A stretch of 63,459 nt of DNA, counting the filler, from Phoronis australis (Eukaryota; Animalia; Phoronida), in NCBI GenBank assembly GCA_002633005.1. It is 4 parts of 4 records of this genome, joined end to end, with 100 filler letters (N's around TTAATTAATTAA, not from the genome) between each part and the next. Parts side by side here need not be neighbours in the genome. Positions count along the whole stretch, not along the records: positions 1 to 30,394 come from NMRA01000575.1; 3 more parts are not named here. One strand, given 5' to 3'. The notes beneath the pieces are model-generated. The model was given only the letters and a program-made list of their open reading frames with translations, searched no databases and was not told the origin of the DNA. Shown in pieces: positions 13,201 through 28,200 of this stretch (position 1 is its first letter; each line of letters begins with the position of its first letter). A program made the position numbers and the translations under genes.

Positions 13201-16200
13201 ACCTTTAACTCGAGAACATCTTCAATAAGGCGCCAATAGTTATGGCAAATGTCCACCTGTCCTTTAACTCTCTAAAATTATTTTCAAAACTGCAAGACGT
13301 GTTTAAAAAGCGATAAACGGAGCAAAGTTTGGAGTCGCAGTGTTTTATGTTTGCAGTGGTCGTCCTTAGGATTAGGGTTTAGGGTTAGGGTTTAGGGTTA
13401 GGGTTTAGGGTTAGGGTTTAGGGTTAGGGTTTAAGGTTAAGGTTAGGGTTAGGAATAGGGTTCTCCTCTCATCCGTCTTGAAAAGACGTGGCAGTGGTCT
13501 GGCCAGGCGAAGCGTTGCTTTCAACCCCATTTAGAACGTCTGCACGTCAAACGAATGTCAAACAACTCAAATAGAACAATTATAGCTTAATGGTGATTGG
13601 CCATGGTCTCTTTAATTGGTTCATTGTGATAAGGAAATACCCCTTTAAATATTTTCAAGAACAGGCAAATGTATCAATTTATCGCGTGTACACGTGAAAA
13701 CTGTAGCCTACGGCAAAGCGCTATTTTTAGAGCAACGATTAGAATTTTCTATTTGAAGATAATCACCTTAGGGTGTTGTTTAAAAAGGGAAATGTTAAAA
13801 ATTTTGAATTCTCGAAGAATTTCATATGCAAAGGGACGATCATGATTGCTTTGATGACAAACAAACACGGAGTACACAAAATTCTACTTCTTGAACATAA
13901 GCCGCACTTTGATGTTACGCCACGACTAGCAGACGGACACTTGGATCACACGGTTAGTGAATAGACAAAATAAACAAAAATACGTACAGATGGAAAATAA
14001 TGCATAATAGAACATGGCACTCATACCTAAAATTATAAAAAATTGTTGAACCTTAAAACAACTGCCTGTTTGAAAAATATCTTCATGTAAATAAAGCCTT
14101 AAAATATCGTTTTTTTAGAAATCACCCAAGAAGTGCAATGCCTCAAGGGAACATCAATCCATCTATTAATAGAAGACAATCTGAAAATCTATAATTAGAC
14201 ATGCATTTGAACGTCAACACTGGGTGCGTTCTCGCGAATGGCCGAGACAAAATGTCGCCCCCCTTGTGATATCCTAGATCCGCTTATGTATTGAATTCAT
14301 TCTGGACACGTCACAAACGTACTACTGCACAGACCCAACTTTTCACGCCAGCTGAGATTTTGGCCACTCGTATCAAGTCGCAATATGCGACTTGGAATTT
14401 TCATCATAACCGTACTGAGTTTTTACATGTACACCTATTGGTTGAAACCTGGCAAATATGAATCAACTCATGAGGATCTGAACATAATTTTGTTGCAGCC
14501 AAATTAAGTTCAAAAGAACTCTAACGGAGAACAGCCCGATAAATGACTAGCAGTTGCAAACATACATGTACATGTATCGCGAAAAAATGAAATAATCCTG
14601 AAAGAGTTTTTGTTGAAATGTACTTTGGTTACTTTTTCAAATATTCGGATGCGCCGAAGAATATGCCAGACCACGTGATAAAACGTCACAAAACAGTGAC
14701 GTTTACGATAAAGTTACCAAACTTTGTCTTGGAAAAAACATGTAATTTTTTTTTTTTGAGGAAATTGTCCGGATTGTGAAATTATAATATCCCAGATCAT
14801 GGGCTACGCAGCACTGAGGAAAGTTAGGGTTATAGCCCCCAGACCCCCTATGGAGCACCGCCCGTAGTCCACGGGCACTGAAAACAGTGGGGGTACAGCC
14901 ACCCCTCAACCACTATGGTGCGACGCCCGTGCAGATAATAGATCCCATTGCGACACTGCTTGGTTTTGTTCTTTGTGCTCACGGTCGAGTCCCGGGAAGG
15001 GATCGTGATTCGGTAATGTTAAGTAACGGCCTGTTTGAACATGCGTCCTGTTTTTTCGCAAAAGACATAAAGCCAGTAAATTACAACCCTAGGTCCACTA
15101 ATAGGCAAACAACGCCTTTTTCAGCGGAAAAAGTTTTGATTTGCTACATATAACTATTGCAACTTATTTTTAAACAATCAGACATAAAGTTTTGAGCAAT
15201 CATTTTATTCTTCTATTCGCACACACCATGCCAGTTTTTTACTCCCCAGATAATCAGTCGACTATGTCATTGATTTTTAAAACTTGCTTGGGAAAAAATA
15301 CTGTTCCGAGTGAAACGTCAGCCAAAATGAGTTAATAATTTTGCGGGTGGCTAGAAAACACGTGGATGTTAACGAAATCGAAACATTCGCACCTTGGTGG
15401 CGTTGCATCATTTCTTGCTATTCCAGTCTTTTGATGTTTTAGCACGCAACCATTTGGTAAAAAAACTAAATTTGCGCCTTTTTTTAACTTTGAAACATTG
15501 TGTAACAAGCGCCCACTGGTCTATTATTCGCCACTGTTAACTTTTGACAAAATTCAATAAACCGCCAACAGCTGTAGCAAGCCCCACCATTAATTTCCCT
15601 CACTGAAATTCTTTTCAACACTGCAAGATGCGTTTAATATATTGTAACCGGACCAATGTTTTGAGTCGCAGTGTATTAAGTTTGTGGGGGTCCACGGAAA
15701 CATCGAATTCTGGAAGCTACTGCGTGGTATGAAGCTGTCATCTACGATGTCTATAGTCGGTCACACACTTATTATGCTTAAGAACAAATTCGTTTTTCAA
15801 AAGAATCCCTTCTTTTGTCAATATTTAAAAGCTAAGTCCCGGATTCGGTTGATTTCTCCGAAGGAGAAGTAACCCCTCCGACATGCATTTTGGGATCACG
15901 TGTCGTTTCTAGGCTAACATACATGTATATTCTGCAAAACTATATGGCACGTACAGTGTATCCGGTCACAAGGAGCAAACTCGAATTACACGGTTATGTG
16001 AAGCTGCTCGGATTGGATATTATGTCGAAGCTCCAACGGATTTCAATGGCGGTAGAGAAAAATGCAGTTGCACCAAACAGTAAGAACTCAATTACGCGAC
16101 CGGAAATTTGGGGATTACTTAACGTCGTAGGCAAAATCATAATCTCAGCATTTTCTTGACGGCCTTAAACTTAATTTGGCGCATTTGGTTAATTTCTTGC

Positions 16201-19200
16201 AACCTAAATTTCGTGACAACTTGATGGGATTTTGGCTAGGTCCCAAATTGCTGATATACATAAAACGAGTTATTATTAGTTTTGCCTTTGCCATGACCAA
16301 AATGTTAAGCACTGTCTAAAAATAAATTCCTTGGAAAAATGAATTTCGGAGAAATAGTCAACAAATCATAAAACAAGAGCAACGCAGAGGGTTGAAATGC
16401 GCCCACAATTGCACCGTATACGGTATCCTTCTAGGGTTGTTTATTGGTACCATAAAGTGGCCAGTAGAGGACATATATGTAGTATGTTGTACTTTGCAAA
16501 ATGGAAAGGCATGGACAAAATGTGAGTGATCTTCATAATACAAGCACATCCTATACATCAGTTGCTTAAAGCACCACAGAAACATAGAATTAAAAACAAA
16601 TTTACCAACATACGAGATTAGCACAGCATTAGAATGCCAGAAACAAATTTCTACTTGGAATTTTTCCTTCATAGTCACGAACTAACACAAAGTATACACC
16701 TGAAGACCTATGAAAATACAGAGGTCAATGTAAAATACTAAAATTGCCACTAGAGGCATACCGGTAGTCAGAATCATCCTAAAGTCGTCATCGTCCGTTG
16801 TCAACATCACATAAATATACTTGCTAAATTTAGTAAAGATCCTGCAAACGGTTTGGGAGATACAGCCATGGGCGCAAAAAAACAAAACTGCCACTAGGAG
16901 GCGCCACAGTAGTCCAAATCGTCTGAAAATCATTGTCAGCTGTCTTCCTTATAGTAAGCACATACACGCCAATTTTCACAATCATCCTTTGAGCGGTTTG
17001 GTTGATAGAGGGGTGGACGCAAAAATACAGACTCGAAAACAGTAAAAATGGCCACTAGGTGGCGCAAACTACGTCGAATCCATCTGAAAACAGTAGGATA
17101 GCGTCATCTCACTAATAGGTGCCTACATACCAAATTTCATGAAAATCCGTTCAATACTTTTGAAGATACAAAGGTAAGCGTAAAAAACTAAAATTGCCAC
17201 TAGGGGGCACACCGGTAGTCGGATCCGACCAAAAGTCGTCATCTTCCGTTGTTAACATCATATAAATATACTTACACAATTTGTAAAGATCCTGCGAACG
17301 GTTTAGGAGATACAGCCATAGGCGCAAAAAAACAAAACTGCCACTAGGAGGCGCCACGGTAGTCGAAATTGTCGGAAAATCATCTTCAACCGTGCTCTAC
17401 ATAGTAAGCATACATGTATACATTCCAATTTTCACAATCATCCTTTGAGCGGTTTGGTTGATAGAGGGGTGGACGCACAAAAACAGACTCGAAAACACTA
17501 AAAATGGCCACTAGGTGGCGCAAACTATGTCGAATCCATTTGAAAACGGGAGGATAGCGTCATCTCACTAATAGATGCCTACATACCAAATTTCATGAAA
17601 ATCCGTTCAGGACTTTTGAAGATACAAAGGTTAGCATAAAAAAATAAAATTGCCACTAGGCGGCACACTGGTAATCGGATCCGTCCGAAGGTTCGCACAT
17701 GCCTTCCCATTCATGAATGGAACAAATGTGCCAAATTTCATGAACATATGTCAAAGGGTTTTGGAGATAGAGCGGCGGACGCCGCACGCCGGACGCCGGA
17801 CGGACGCCGCCCGTACGGAGGGAGGGACGGACGGACGGAGATGACGGCATAATGCGTCCACATATAAATATGTGGGCGCATAACAAAAGCAAACAATAAG
17901 AAATGCTTCTGTTCATGTCATCCGCGTTTTGTAGTGTAGGTAATCAAAAGATTTGGTCAGTGGGGGTTAAAGTTTTCAGTATCCAATTACATATTAAAGG
18001 TTACATAAAAATGTGATAATGGTCATCTTCAATCTACCCATGTCATAGTCTTGAATGACAACTTCGTCGTGTGAACCAGAACAAAACATGTAACACCTTC
18101 TTCGCCTGTCCCCTGCTTAGATACTGCGAAAAAAGGCGAACCAACTTTGTCAGCTTAAATCAATACACCAAGTAGCAACATTTTGGACCGCTAGGGAATT
18201 GTTTTGTTAGTACTGCAAAGCTATAATGATATAACTCAACCATATTTTTCAAGTAGTTTGTAAAGTATATATCCAGAAAAAAATTCTTACTTCCCGCGTC
18301 AGGTCTTCATGTACATTGGGCACAACCTGTTTGATATCCGCATGGAGCTTGACAAAACAGACAAATTTATCAAAATTGGGGTTCAAGTCTGTGATGACCG
18401 AATGTACCAACTAAAACGATTACATTTACTGTATGCATATATTTATTAGCGCAACGATGAGTACACATGCGTTCTGGCCAACAGCCAGACCCGAACTGAC
18501 CACGAGGTCTCTAACAACTAGATGGAAGACACGCCCACTATATACTAAGATAGTTACCACAAAGTCAGAGTAATTTGCAGACACAAATGAGAGTGATGAC
18601 TTGACTGGACTGTCCAATCCTTCGAGATCAGTATATTGCCACAATTTGCATTGAATATTTTCAAATTTTATTCAGTTGCAAAATGATTTTTTCCTGAACA
18701 GTATCTGGAGTAAGATGTCCAAAGTGGGGCAAGTTCTGTGTACACTAATTAAAATCACGTCAAGACGGCACCCCGAAACTCGCAGAAACTACTTCCAAGA
18801 ATAACATATTCTTCGACAGGGTTGTATGGCGATGGTCCTAATGCCCGATATCTCTGATCACCGCATATTACTAAATTAGGAGACAATCTACAACCGCGGT
18901 TGACAGGAAAGAATTTAAAAATATACCATACTGCATGACAACATGCTGTGAATGTTCTAATAGTGTTTCAAATCACTTTCAGGTATTTTCAGCAAAGTTA
19001 GCAAAATAAAAGTTGAATCAATTGTTTCCGTCATAGATTAGAAACATCAGTCCAAGGATGTCTTGTTCAATAATATTGTGCATGGGGTCGTATAACATGT
19101 ATGGAAACAATTCTCCGATAAAGCCTCCCCCCAAAGAGCATCAGGACTGGTTCAGCAACAACACTTGAAAAACATACATCAAGCAAAAAGAGAAGTCTCT

Positions 19201-22200
19201 AATTTTTTTAGATTTTCACGAAATCGTTTTTTTTTAAATTCTTAGGGATAAGCTTAATTATAGTATGACTTTGTGATTCAGTGAGTCCACTGTTTAAGCT
19301 ATTCCGCAGTGCTACCTAACAAAAGCATCATGTGACTTTGGAACGACACTTGTCGATGGGAGTGGCTTCGCCCCTAACACACACCCTTGGCTACAGCCAC
19401 GATTCCGGCTCGCAGTGTTTAGTACATGAACACCCAGCCCACACCAGAAGTTTGTTGACACGGACAACTATGCACGCCCAAAAATTATTGGGTTGGGCAC
19501 AAATCATTTTTACTTCGCCGAACCACCCCCACCCTTCGCCACCACCTCTGCCACTCCCCCCTCTCCTACGTCTGCCCTAGGTGGGGGTCACAGTGGAGGA
19601 TTCAAGGGTGGCCATCGTCAATCTACCCAAGCCATAGTTGCAGAAATTTGCATTAAATATTTTCAAATTCTATTCAGTTGCAAAATGATTTTTTCCTGAA
19701 CAGTATCTGGGGTAATTAAGATGTTCAAAGTGGGGCAATTTACGTGTGCACTACATGCGCGCACCGAAGTGGGCTAAAAGGTCCACCCCAGAGAGACAGA
19801 AAGTCCGAGAAAACGAGGCATCAGTTCGTTAAACATTCGCAAAGGCGTATTTCACAATGGTGCTCCCGTTTTCTGTTTTTTTTTTTTTTTGTTTTTTTGA
19901 AGTCGGGCCACTTTTTTGTTACCAAGAGGTCCACAAAGTCAGGAACTCGAGCCCCCCATATTGAAGGCTGGGTGCGCGCATGTACTAGTTTACTAGTTTA
20001 ATTAACGTCCAGACAGCTCCCCCCTCCCCCCAGTGGAGCCCATGAGTTAACCACTGATTCAGCCTTATCGTAACAAGTAGCATCAGACGTGTCACATACA
20101 GATTTGCATAATTCTATGTATCCTGATTTTCGTCAATCATCAAAATCTGAGAATTAAAAATGTGTTTGTGATATGTTACATAGTGAATTCTGAGGTTGCA
20201 GCATGATAAATAATTTTGCTCAGTTGAGTGTCTGAACTGAGTCCTGTGCCCGCGGGTACTGCGAATGGCCAAATTACTTAAGTATGCAGAGCTTGTGTTT
20301 AAGTTTCAGCTTCTCATGGTTTACGGCAGTGGTAATACGTCTGCTGTCTGTGAGTGGAAAATGGCCGAGCATTCGGTTATTTTGTTTTGTATTAAAATTT
20401 TGAAAGTTGTTTCGACCGGCCGAAATGATGTTTTTGTTCAAAAGTCGACTCACTTTTGCCAAAGGTTTGCCTAAATATCCGTTAATGGTTCCATTCAAGA
20501 ACAGCACTGTCCGTGGCCTGGCATACAAACAAGTATATCGGTATAGAGTATCTTTGTTTGATACAAATGATGTTATCACCCTGAGTCGAATTACCAGGGC
20601 CCGGTCTCCAATCTTTTTACTCGAAATGGAACCCGAAATTAGGTTTGGCATTTTCTACTCTACTTTTGGGCGAACTCAAGATAAGTGTCTATTATTCTAT
20701 GCTCGAGTACACAATAACTTACGTAGATAATGTATTGCCCTTAGTTCACAGTTTTTAAGCCCAATATTAAAGCTATAAGTTCGAGTTTGAACTCGAAATT
20801 TCGAGTTTTTTCTCGAGTTTGTAGCACGAATATAAGGGTCTTCAAGGGCAAACTTGAACTAGAAACTCCTATGCATAAACTATAATGTATTCGAGCACAG
20901 TCTGATAACCAATTATCTTAAATTAGCACAAAAGGAGCAAAGAAATTGCCAAAAACAGTTTCGAGTTCGTTTCGAGTTCGTTTCGAGTACAAGATTAGAG
21001 ACCGGGCCCAGTTGTGTAAACAAACTGCAGACTCTACAAGGGCAGGTCACCAGTGCAATTTCTCCTAACCTCCATTGGAGGGCGCCAGCATGCGTGTGAC
21101 GTCAGTGGACAAAAGGGTCTTGGACAACATTCACCATTCTGTATTAGGATGGCCCTGATTCCTTATATCACTGCTCACAGCATATCACCAAAATATGGAT
21201 ACATTCCACAAAAGCGGTTGATCGGAAAGAATTAAAATATATACCTTGCTGCATGACAACATGCTTTGAGCTTTCTAACAGTGCTTAAAATCACTGTCAG
21301 GTATTTTTAGCAAATTTAGCAAAATAAAAGATGAATCATTTGTTTCCGTTATTGATTATAAACATAAGTCCAAAGCTATCCTGTTCAATAATATTGTGCA
21401 TGGTGTCATATAAAATGTATGTAAACAATTCTCCGATAAAGCCTCCCGCGAATTGGAATCAGAACTGGTTCAGCAACAACACTTGAAAAACATGCATCAA
21501 GCAAAAGGAGATGTCTCCAATTTTTTAGCTGTTCAAGAAATCGAGGCTTTTCTTCTAAGGGATAAGCCTATTTCATAGCACGAATTTTTGATTCAGTGAG
21601 TCCTCTAACCTAGTTCGCAGTATTCCCTAACAAAAGTATCAAATTTTTCAGAAAACATTGCATTGGAAATCTATCGGAACTGGCAGGTTTTTCGCATTTC
21701 ACGTTTTTCAAGATACCAGTTACATCTTTCACAATTAATTCTAGTTCAATTTTTGCTAACATCATGTATCTTTGGAACGAAATTTGCGAATGGGAACTCT
21801 TCGCAACCAACACACGCCCTTGGCTACGGCCATAATTCTGGCTCGCAGTTATTAGTACGTGTACGCCCACCGCATACCAGAACTTGTTGAGACGGACAAC
21901 ATAAATTGATCAGCAGGATCACATAAATCCATGAAGTCGTTTTTTCAAGCTATGGCAAACTTCAACTAAACATTATGCAAAGAATTCAACTTGTTTATAG
22001 AACAAAAACAAGGCATGTATCTAAACTACACGGTCACGGACGTAAAAACACGACCCACGTACCTGCAAACACCGTTCACTGACTCGCAAACATGGGATTG
22101 GACTCACAAAACATGATCCAAAAACAGCATCTGGTATGCTGAAGACCGCTAAACAGGATCTAAACTTTTTAATCCCGACGCCTTACCGATCCTGCCACCT

Positions 22201-25200
22201 ACAGGGAATTCTAATAACAACAATGCCTTAATTTCTGTGAACTTTCAGGAATAAACACTTGTGCGCGAAGGAAATTGGAAATTAAAAATGCCAGATTGTG
22301 AATGCTACAAACCAGAACCTTATTATTGAAGACAACGTCACCAACACACCCGCATTTTCAGTTGTTAGAACGTCTTTCGAAATCCTATACATGTATGAAC
22401 ATATCCTATAATAAACTATATGTTCAAAACTAAAGTGAAGACACAAACCTTGAGTCAACAACATCAAAAGAGAGATCAACAAAGTATTCAAGGACACGTA
22501 CACGTATGCAGCTTTTACTGCCGTAAAACTTACTTTTAAAGAAATGAATGCTCCTCACGCAGGGATATTCATGAACTATGATTTTGTGGCACGAACGCGT
22601 GAAAATAAAAAGGCGCAAATACATTCAAGAGTGCAGCGTTTTAAAAGATGCGCTCGGGTGCATCAATAAAACGCAACAATCTTCCAAAAGATTCTAGACA
22701 AATTACATCAAAAGTAAGTAGTATGCGTATTTGTTGGAGCTCTACATGTATATGCATTTAGCGACTGAACTGAGGATTCGTAATCGAAGAAATGTCGTCC
22801 TGTCTTTGCGCAGGTTATGCTCAGTATGCAATTGATAATAACGTTTTAACACAAACACTAGCTCTCTCAGTAACTGGTGGTCCGCGAGAGGAGCACTTAA
22901 GACTTCTTTTCTCGGAAAGCGCAAAGTCCAAAAAGTGATCAGATTGAGAAATGAATATTTATGTTTATGGTAGGGAACCTCAAGGTCATATGAGGTCAAA
23001 TTACGTGTACGTCAAACCCAATAACAAATGAATAAAATTAAATGTTTTTATTGTAACTAATAGACAACAAAGTGATGGAATCGATTAATCCTATCTGCTG
23101 TGGCAATAAAATGTTTTGGCGAAAAATATAATATTCAACATAGTCATTTAATTTGAAAGGCAACGGTTGCAAAAAATATTTTCAAGATTTTTTTAGGGGA
23201 GTGTTCATGTATGCATACTTACTTCCTGGTCCAATGGTTGGTTAAGGTTCCATTTATTCTTGATCAATTTCTGAAGAGGCGCACAGTCGCCATCTTCCAC
23301 TGCTTTTATAACCTGAAAATAATAACAAATAAATATGAATTACATTTCACCCAGTGTACATGTGCTATCGCCATCGAGTCATTACATTGCTTCATACTTC
23401 CAAGTGACATTTAAACATCATTTGAGCATCCCTGCAATTATGATATTAGTGTCGTCCCGCTGGAAATCTGACGCACTAAAAAACTACATTCGCATGTCTA
23501 CTTTTTCCTAGAATACCTTGAATCCAAATAGGGGGGCGGTGCAATACCAGGGACCAAGTCAGCGCCAAAATGGGCGCAACGAAAGTCTGTTGTGGAGATG
23601 GGAAGACGGCCGGGAGTTTGTGCAAACGATGCATTTTTATAATAGATGTATAAAAAGTGCATCGGACTTTAAATAGTTGTTGAAAAGATTATATAGCGTA
23701 ATCGAAAGAAATTATTTGTTTCATGTAGGTCTCAAAGAGCTTCGAATTATTCCTGGCAGTGGGCACATGCATAATTACGTAAAACTTTCCTATATGTCCA
23801 AGTCCGCTTTTTGATGCTCCGCTCACGTACTGAGAGCTCCAGCTGTTTTGGGGGAGAGGGTGGAGTTAATTAGTGTCCAAGTCCTCTGTAGTTGAACATC
23901 ATACTTGATCTTTCTTAAACATAAGGCAGTATCTGAAGGTCACGTGGTCCATCACACCGGGAAATTATGGATCGGCATTGTCACTGTAAAGTAACCAGGA
24001 TCCAAGCAACAAATTTTCCCGGACCACTATATTCAGTGACTATTTGTTGTCACAACGCGGTGTTGTGAATTCCACATTGCCTTTTGTATATCGTCACTAG
24101 AACGAGCAGACGACCCTTATGAAGGTGAAAGAATACAAAGATCTACATATAGGGCCTAAGCAGCGTTGCCTGTTCTTTGAAAAAGTAAACTGGCTTGTTA
24201 CTGGAGCGTGTCGCTCAGAAGGGTGAAAGTCTTACAACTTACCTCCTTACGAAGGAAGCGCATGTCAGTTCCAACAAAAAACCTTTAAGGAGCTTTATTG
24301 ACAAAATGAACAACAAAATAGAACCTTTATCGGTTTGATTTTCCACAAAAAAACTCATTTTGGAGTACACAATTTCACTGGAAAATGTGTACAATATTTG
24401 TCAATTTCAAACACCAATAGAAATGCAGTTCATTAAGTTTCCATGGACCTTTTCATGGACACTGCTCCCACGCAAATCAGTCACTTTTTGGGGCTCAATA
24501 TCTAAATGGTTTAGCATCCTAATGTCCACGTGATTACAACGCGGCAGTCGAGCACCCCTCTCTCAGTTGTCACTGCTCTAGAGATGGGAGAAATGTATCG
24601 AGGGACAGTGAGATCAGACTGCTTGAATAATGACTGGTTTTACGTCAAGTTATTTTCATACAAAACTCGGGTATATATAAACATTTCAACTTCTGGAACG
24701 CAGAGTGAAAATGGTTGAAAAAATAACAATCTGTAAGGCCGCCGTGACACCGATGAAGCTCCTTGGATCATACAGTTGAAATGCATGGATGACAATCAGT
24801 AGAAGATTTCTAGACACTAATCTTTTTCGTTAAAGCGAATGTCTCCTCCAACTGTCAGTTGTCTACATTTTCACTGCGAAGGAACAAAGCTGTTTTACTA
24901 TTTTGCAAAAATCAGAGTTTCGAAATACAGTTTATTTCATTTTGAAAAATATTAACAAGTAAAAGATCAATACGTACTTTATGCCTGTCTACAAAAACAT
25001 ACAGATGTGGGGTGGGGTGCACAAATAAATGCTGACTTGTAGAGCAAGATGTGTCATCTTGTTTAAACTATTTTAATATCGATCACTAATAGAAAGTCAA
25101 AATGAATCAACATTCCGATAAGGCTCCAGCAAAGTCAGTATGCCTTGAAAGAAGTACACATATGTAATGAATGCTATAGGAGCACATGCATGTAGGTACA

Positions 25201-28200
25201 CGGGTGTTAGACAAACACTTTAGATTAACGTTGTTGATCGCACTTGATGGCTTCCTGATTTTGATTTTGGTGGTGTCAAAAAGCGACGTGTATTAGCAGA
25301 AGTACATCGCATTGCATATACAATTCAACGTGTATTGGCTGGGTTACATCACATTGCATATACAATTCGACGTGTATTGGGAGGGTTATATCGCATTGCA
25401 TATACAGTGCAATTCAACGCGGGCGGGTGCAGCTACCTTAAACTGCCTCTCGTTCAGTGACGTTAGGACTTCGTTAAAAAGCAAGACTTCGCGATATTAC
25501 GTTAGGTATTGCCGTGTATTTTCAAAGAGAACACGTGATTCTGGTTAGATTTTAGGTAGGTCCTAGCGTAGGTCCTAGCGCTACTGACAGCACGCCAGGT
25601 TACAATGTCTAGTCACACGACAAGTAAAAGAGTTGAATTATCGACCCCGGACCACACGCTTGTGCAAATGGCAGTTGTCATCGAGCGTTGTACACGTGAA
25701 ATAGCGCTTTGTTGTCTTTCATGGGCTGACAAAGGGTATGAGAAAGCTTTTTGAAAAACTAGACCGTAGGCAGTTACCTCAACCAATCAATGAAGAGCTG
25801 TCTGCAAAATGGCAAGTGACACTGGTAACGGGTCAATTCAACTACCTTCATTGGCCAAATTCTACAGCTATTTTAAGATTCCAGCTTGGCAGTCTTCTCA
25901 AAAGCAAGCGTAGAATCCGCAATAACGCCGGAGTAATGTTCCACTGCCGTGACATGTGAATATTTTACTACTAAAGCTTTCTTGTTCTCCTGGGAAGTTT
26001 ACTGAGAATGTACTGAATATCTTCAGCTTGCCAGTACATTTGCATGATGATAGAGGAGTACTGATCTGTGAATGGTTGTTTCCAGTCACGTGTCACTGGT
26101 TACAACTGTGAACAACTCAGACAGCCTCTTTCAGTTTATGCTCGCCACAGAATACACGGTTACTGTCTACAGCTATATAAAGTGTAGCTTAGACCATGAC
26201 ACAAATACACACGCGTAGCGGAACCACGTCTGTCTGAGTCAGTAGATCTAAATTATTGAAAGCACGTGAAGGCTTTTATTAAGTTCTAGTAAACAACCAA
26301 CTTGCAGAGTATTTGAAAACTGTACCAGCAGACAAAACCCGGGAGAACATCTTTAGTCTGCCCCTAGCTACTAGACGGTGGTGTATGCACACACCGTATC
26401 CTCTTCCGTGCGGTGCTAAACTAAAATGTAAATAGTCACCCCCAGGCACGGCGTATCAGCACACAATTTTGAAGTGCCCATTTGATCGTTTATAACTTAG
26501 CACACTCATTTATATCTAAACGTGAATTGTAAACAATATTGTCAATCAGATAAATACGTAGCGACAACCTATCATTCTTCTGTAATAATGTACAATTAAC
26601 AATGAATTAAACACTGCGTGGTTTTTCACCTTTATAATTATAAGTTTTGGTCTCTGCGATTATCGTACATAAATATATGAATAATGATTACAATGTTCAC
26701 AACCACGTGCTACTTTACAAATATTTCCATACATTTCAAATACTCTTTAGTTGAAAAGTCTATCAACATTCGTGTAACAAAACACTGAAGCCACAATTTG
26801 ACATAAATTGTATTTTCAACCACAAAATATTCTATAAATTCAGTTTCTCCTCTTTGCACTCATTGCTTCTGTGCCGTCGTGTGCGTAAATGTTTTAGTTT
26901 TGTAATGTAAAATCTAACGCAGTTTCTAAAATTAGTTTTGAAGCACAATACAAATGAGACACAGAGACCACACCCTCTCATCATTGGAATAAAGACTTTC
27001 AGTAAACTGGGTTTACAAGTTTCCAGTCTTTTCAGTCTGTGTGGCGAAGCAGTATATATACATGTATATGCCTTAACCAGCATTGGTACGCTAGGTGAAA
27101 AGGTGTTCAGTGCGTCTACGTACTCTAGTAGCGTGCAGAGGTTTGGTGATGTCCAGTGCGTCTACATAGTAGCGTGCAGAGGTTTAGTGGTGTACGGGAC
27201 TACGTTTGCTAGATGTCCCTCTATCTCTACTCAAATGCAAACTAGCACTAAGAAAAGTAAAACAGATTCAGCATAAAATACAAACCTCATTCAATCTAAC
27301 TACAAATCAGGTACAATTTCTAAAAACAATATTTTTAGAGGATTCACGTTGTCAATGCTCTGTCGGCTCCCCTCCATCTGCTACATGTACCCTACTGTGT
27401 ATACGTCACACTACATGAAAACACTATGTATATTACGTTAAGAACAATGGTGTACAGGTCCTACATGTGCGTCTACGTCACACCCACTGCATTTCCTAGC
27501 TAAACTTCTCAAATGACACTGAGAAGCCCCCTACAACGGTTTGTAATTAGTACTGAAAAAGCGGTGATTTCACAAGTCCAGTGGCTCACATTAGTCAATT
27601 CCCTATTTGGGGCTGTTTCATGCAAGCGGCACTGAGCTCCGACCCAACTGTTGTATGACGTCAGGAAATTCAAAGTTCATGACGCAATTTGATGAGATTT
27701 GGTGATTTGTAATAAAGTCGTAAAACATTACGGATTTTGCTGTGTTATACATGTAGCTCTGAGTCGCTGAGGGTTTCGATATTCCAGTCGGTAAAAGGAT
27801 AACAGTGGACAGCTTTAGTATAATATAGATATTCTAATCAGTAACAGGATAACGGTGTACAACTTTAGTATAAGTTATACTATGTTATTAACATAGATGT
27901 TCTAGTCAGTAACAGGATAACAGTGGTCAACATTAGTATAGTGTAGATATTCTAATCGCTAACAGGATAACAGCGGACAACTTTAGTATAATATAGATTT
28001 TCTAGTCAGTAACAGGATAACAGTGGTCAACATTAGTATACATGTAGTGTAGATATTCTAATCGCTAACAGGATAACAGCGGACAACTTTAGTATAACAT
28101 AGATATTCTAGTCAGTAACAGGATAACAGTGGTCAACATTAGTATTATATAAATATTCTAGTCAGTAACAGGATAACAGTGGACAACTTTAGTATAGTGT

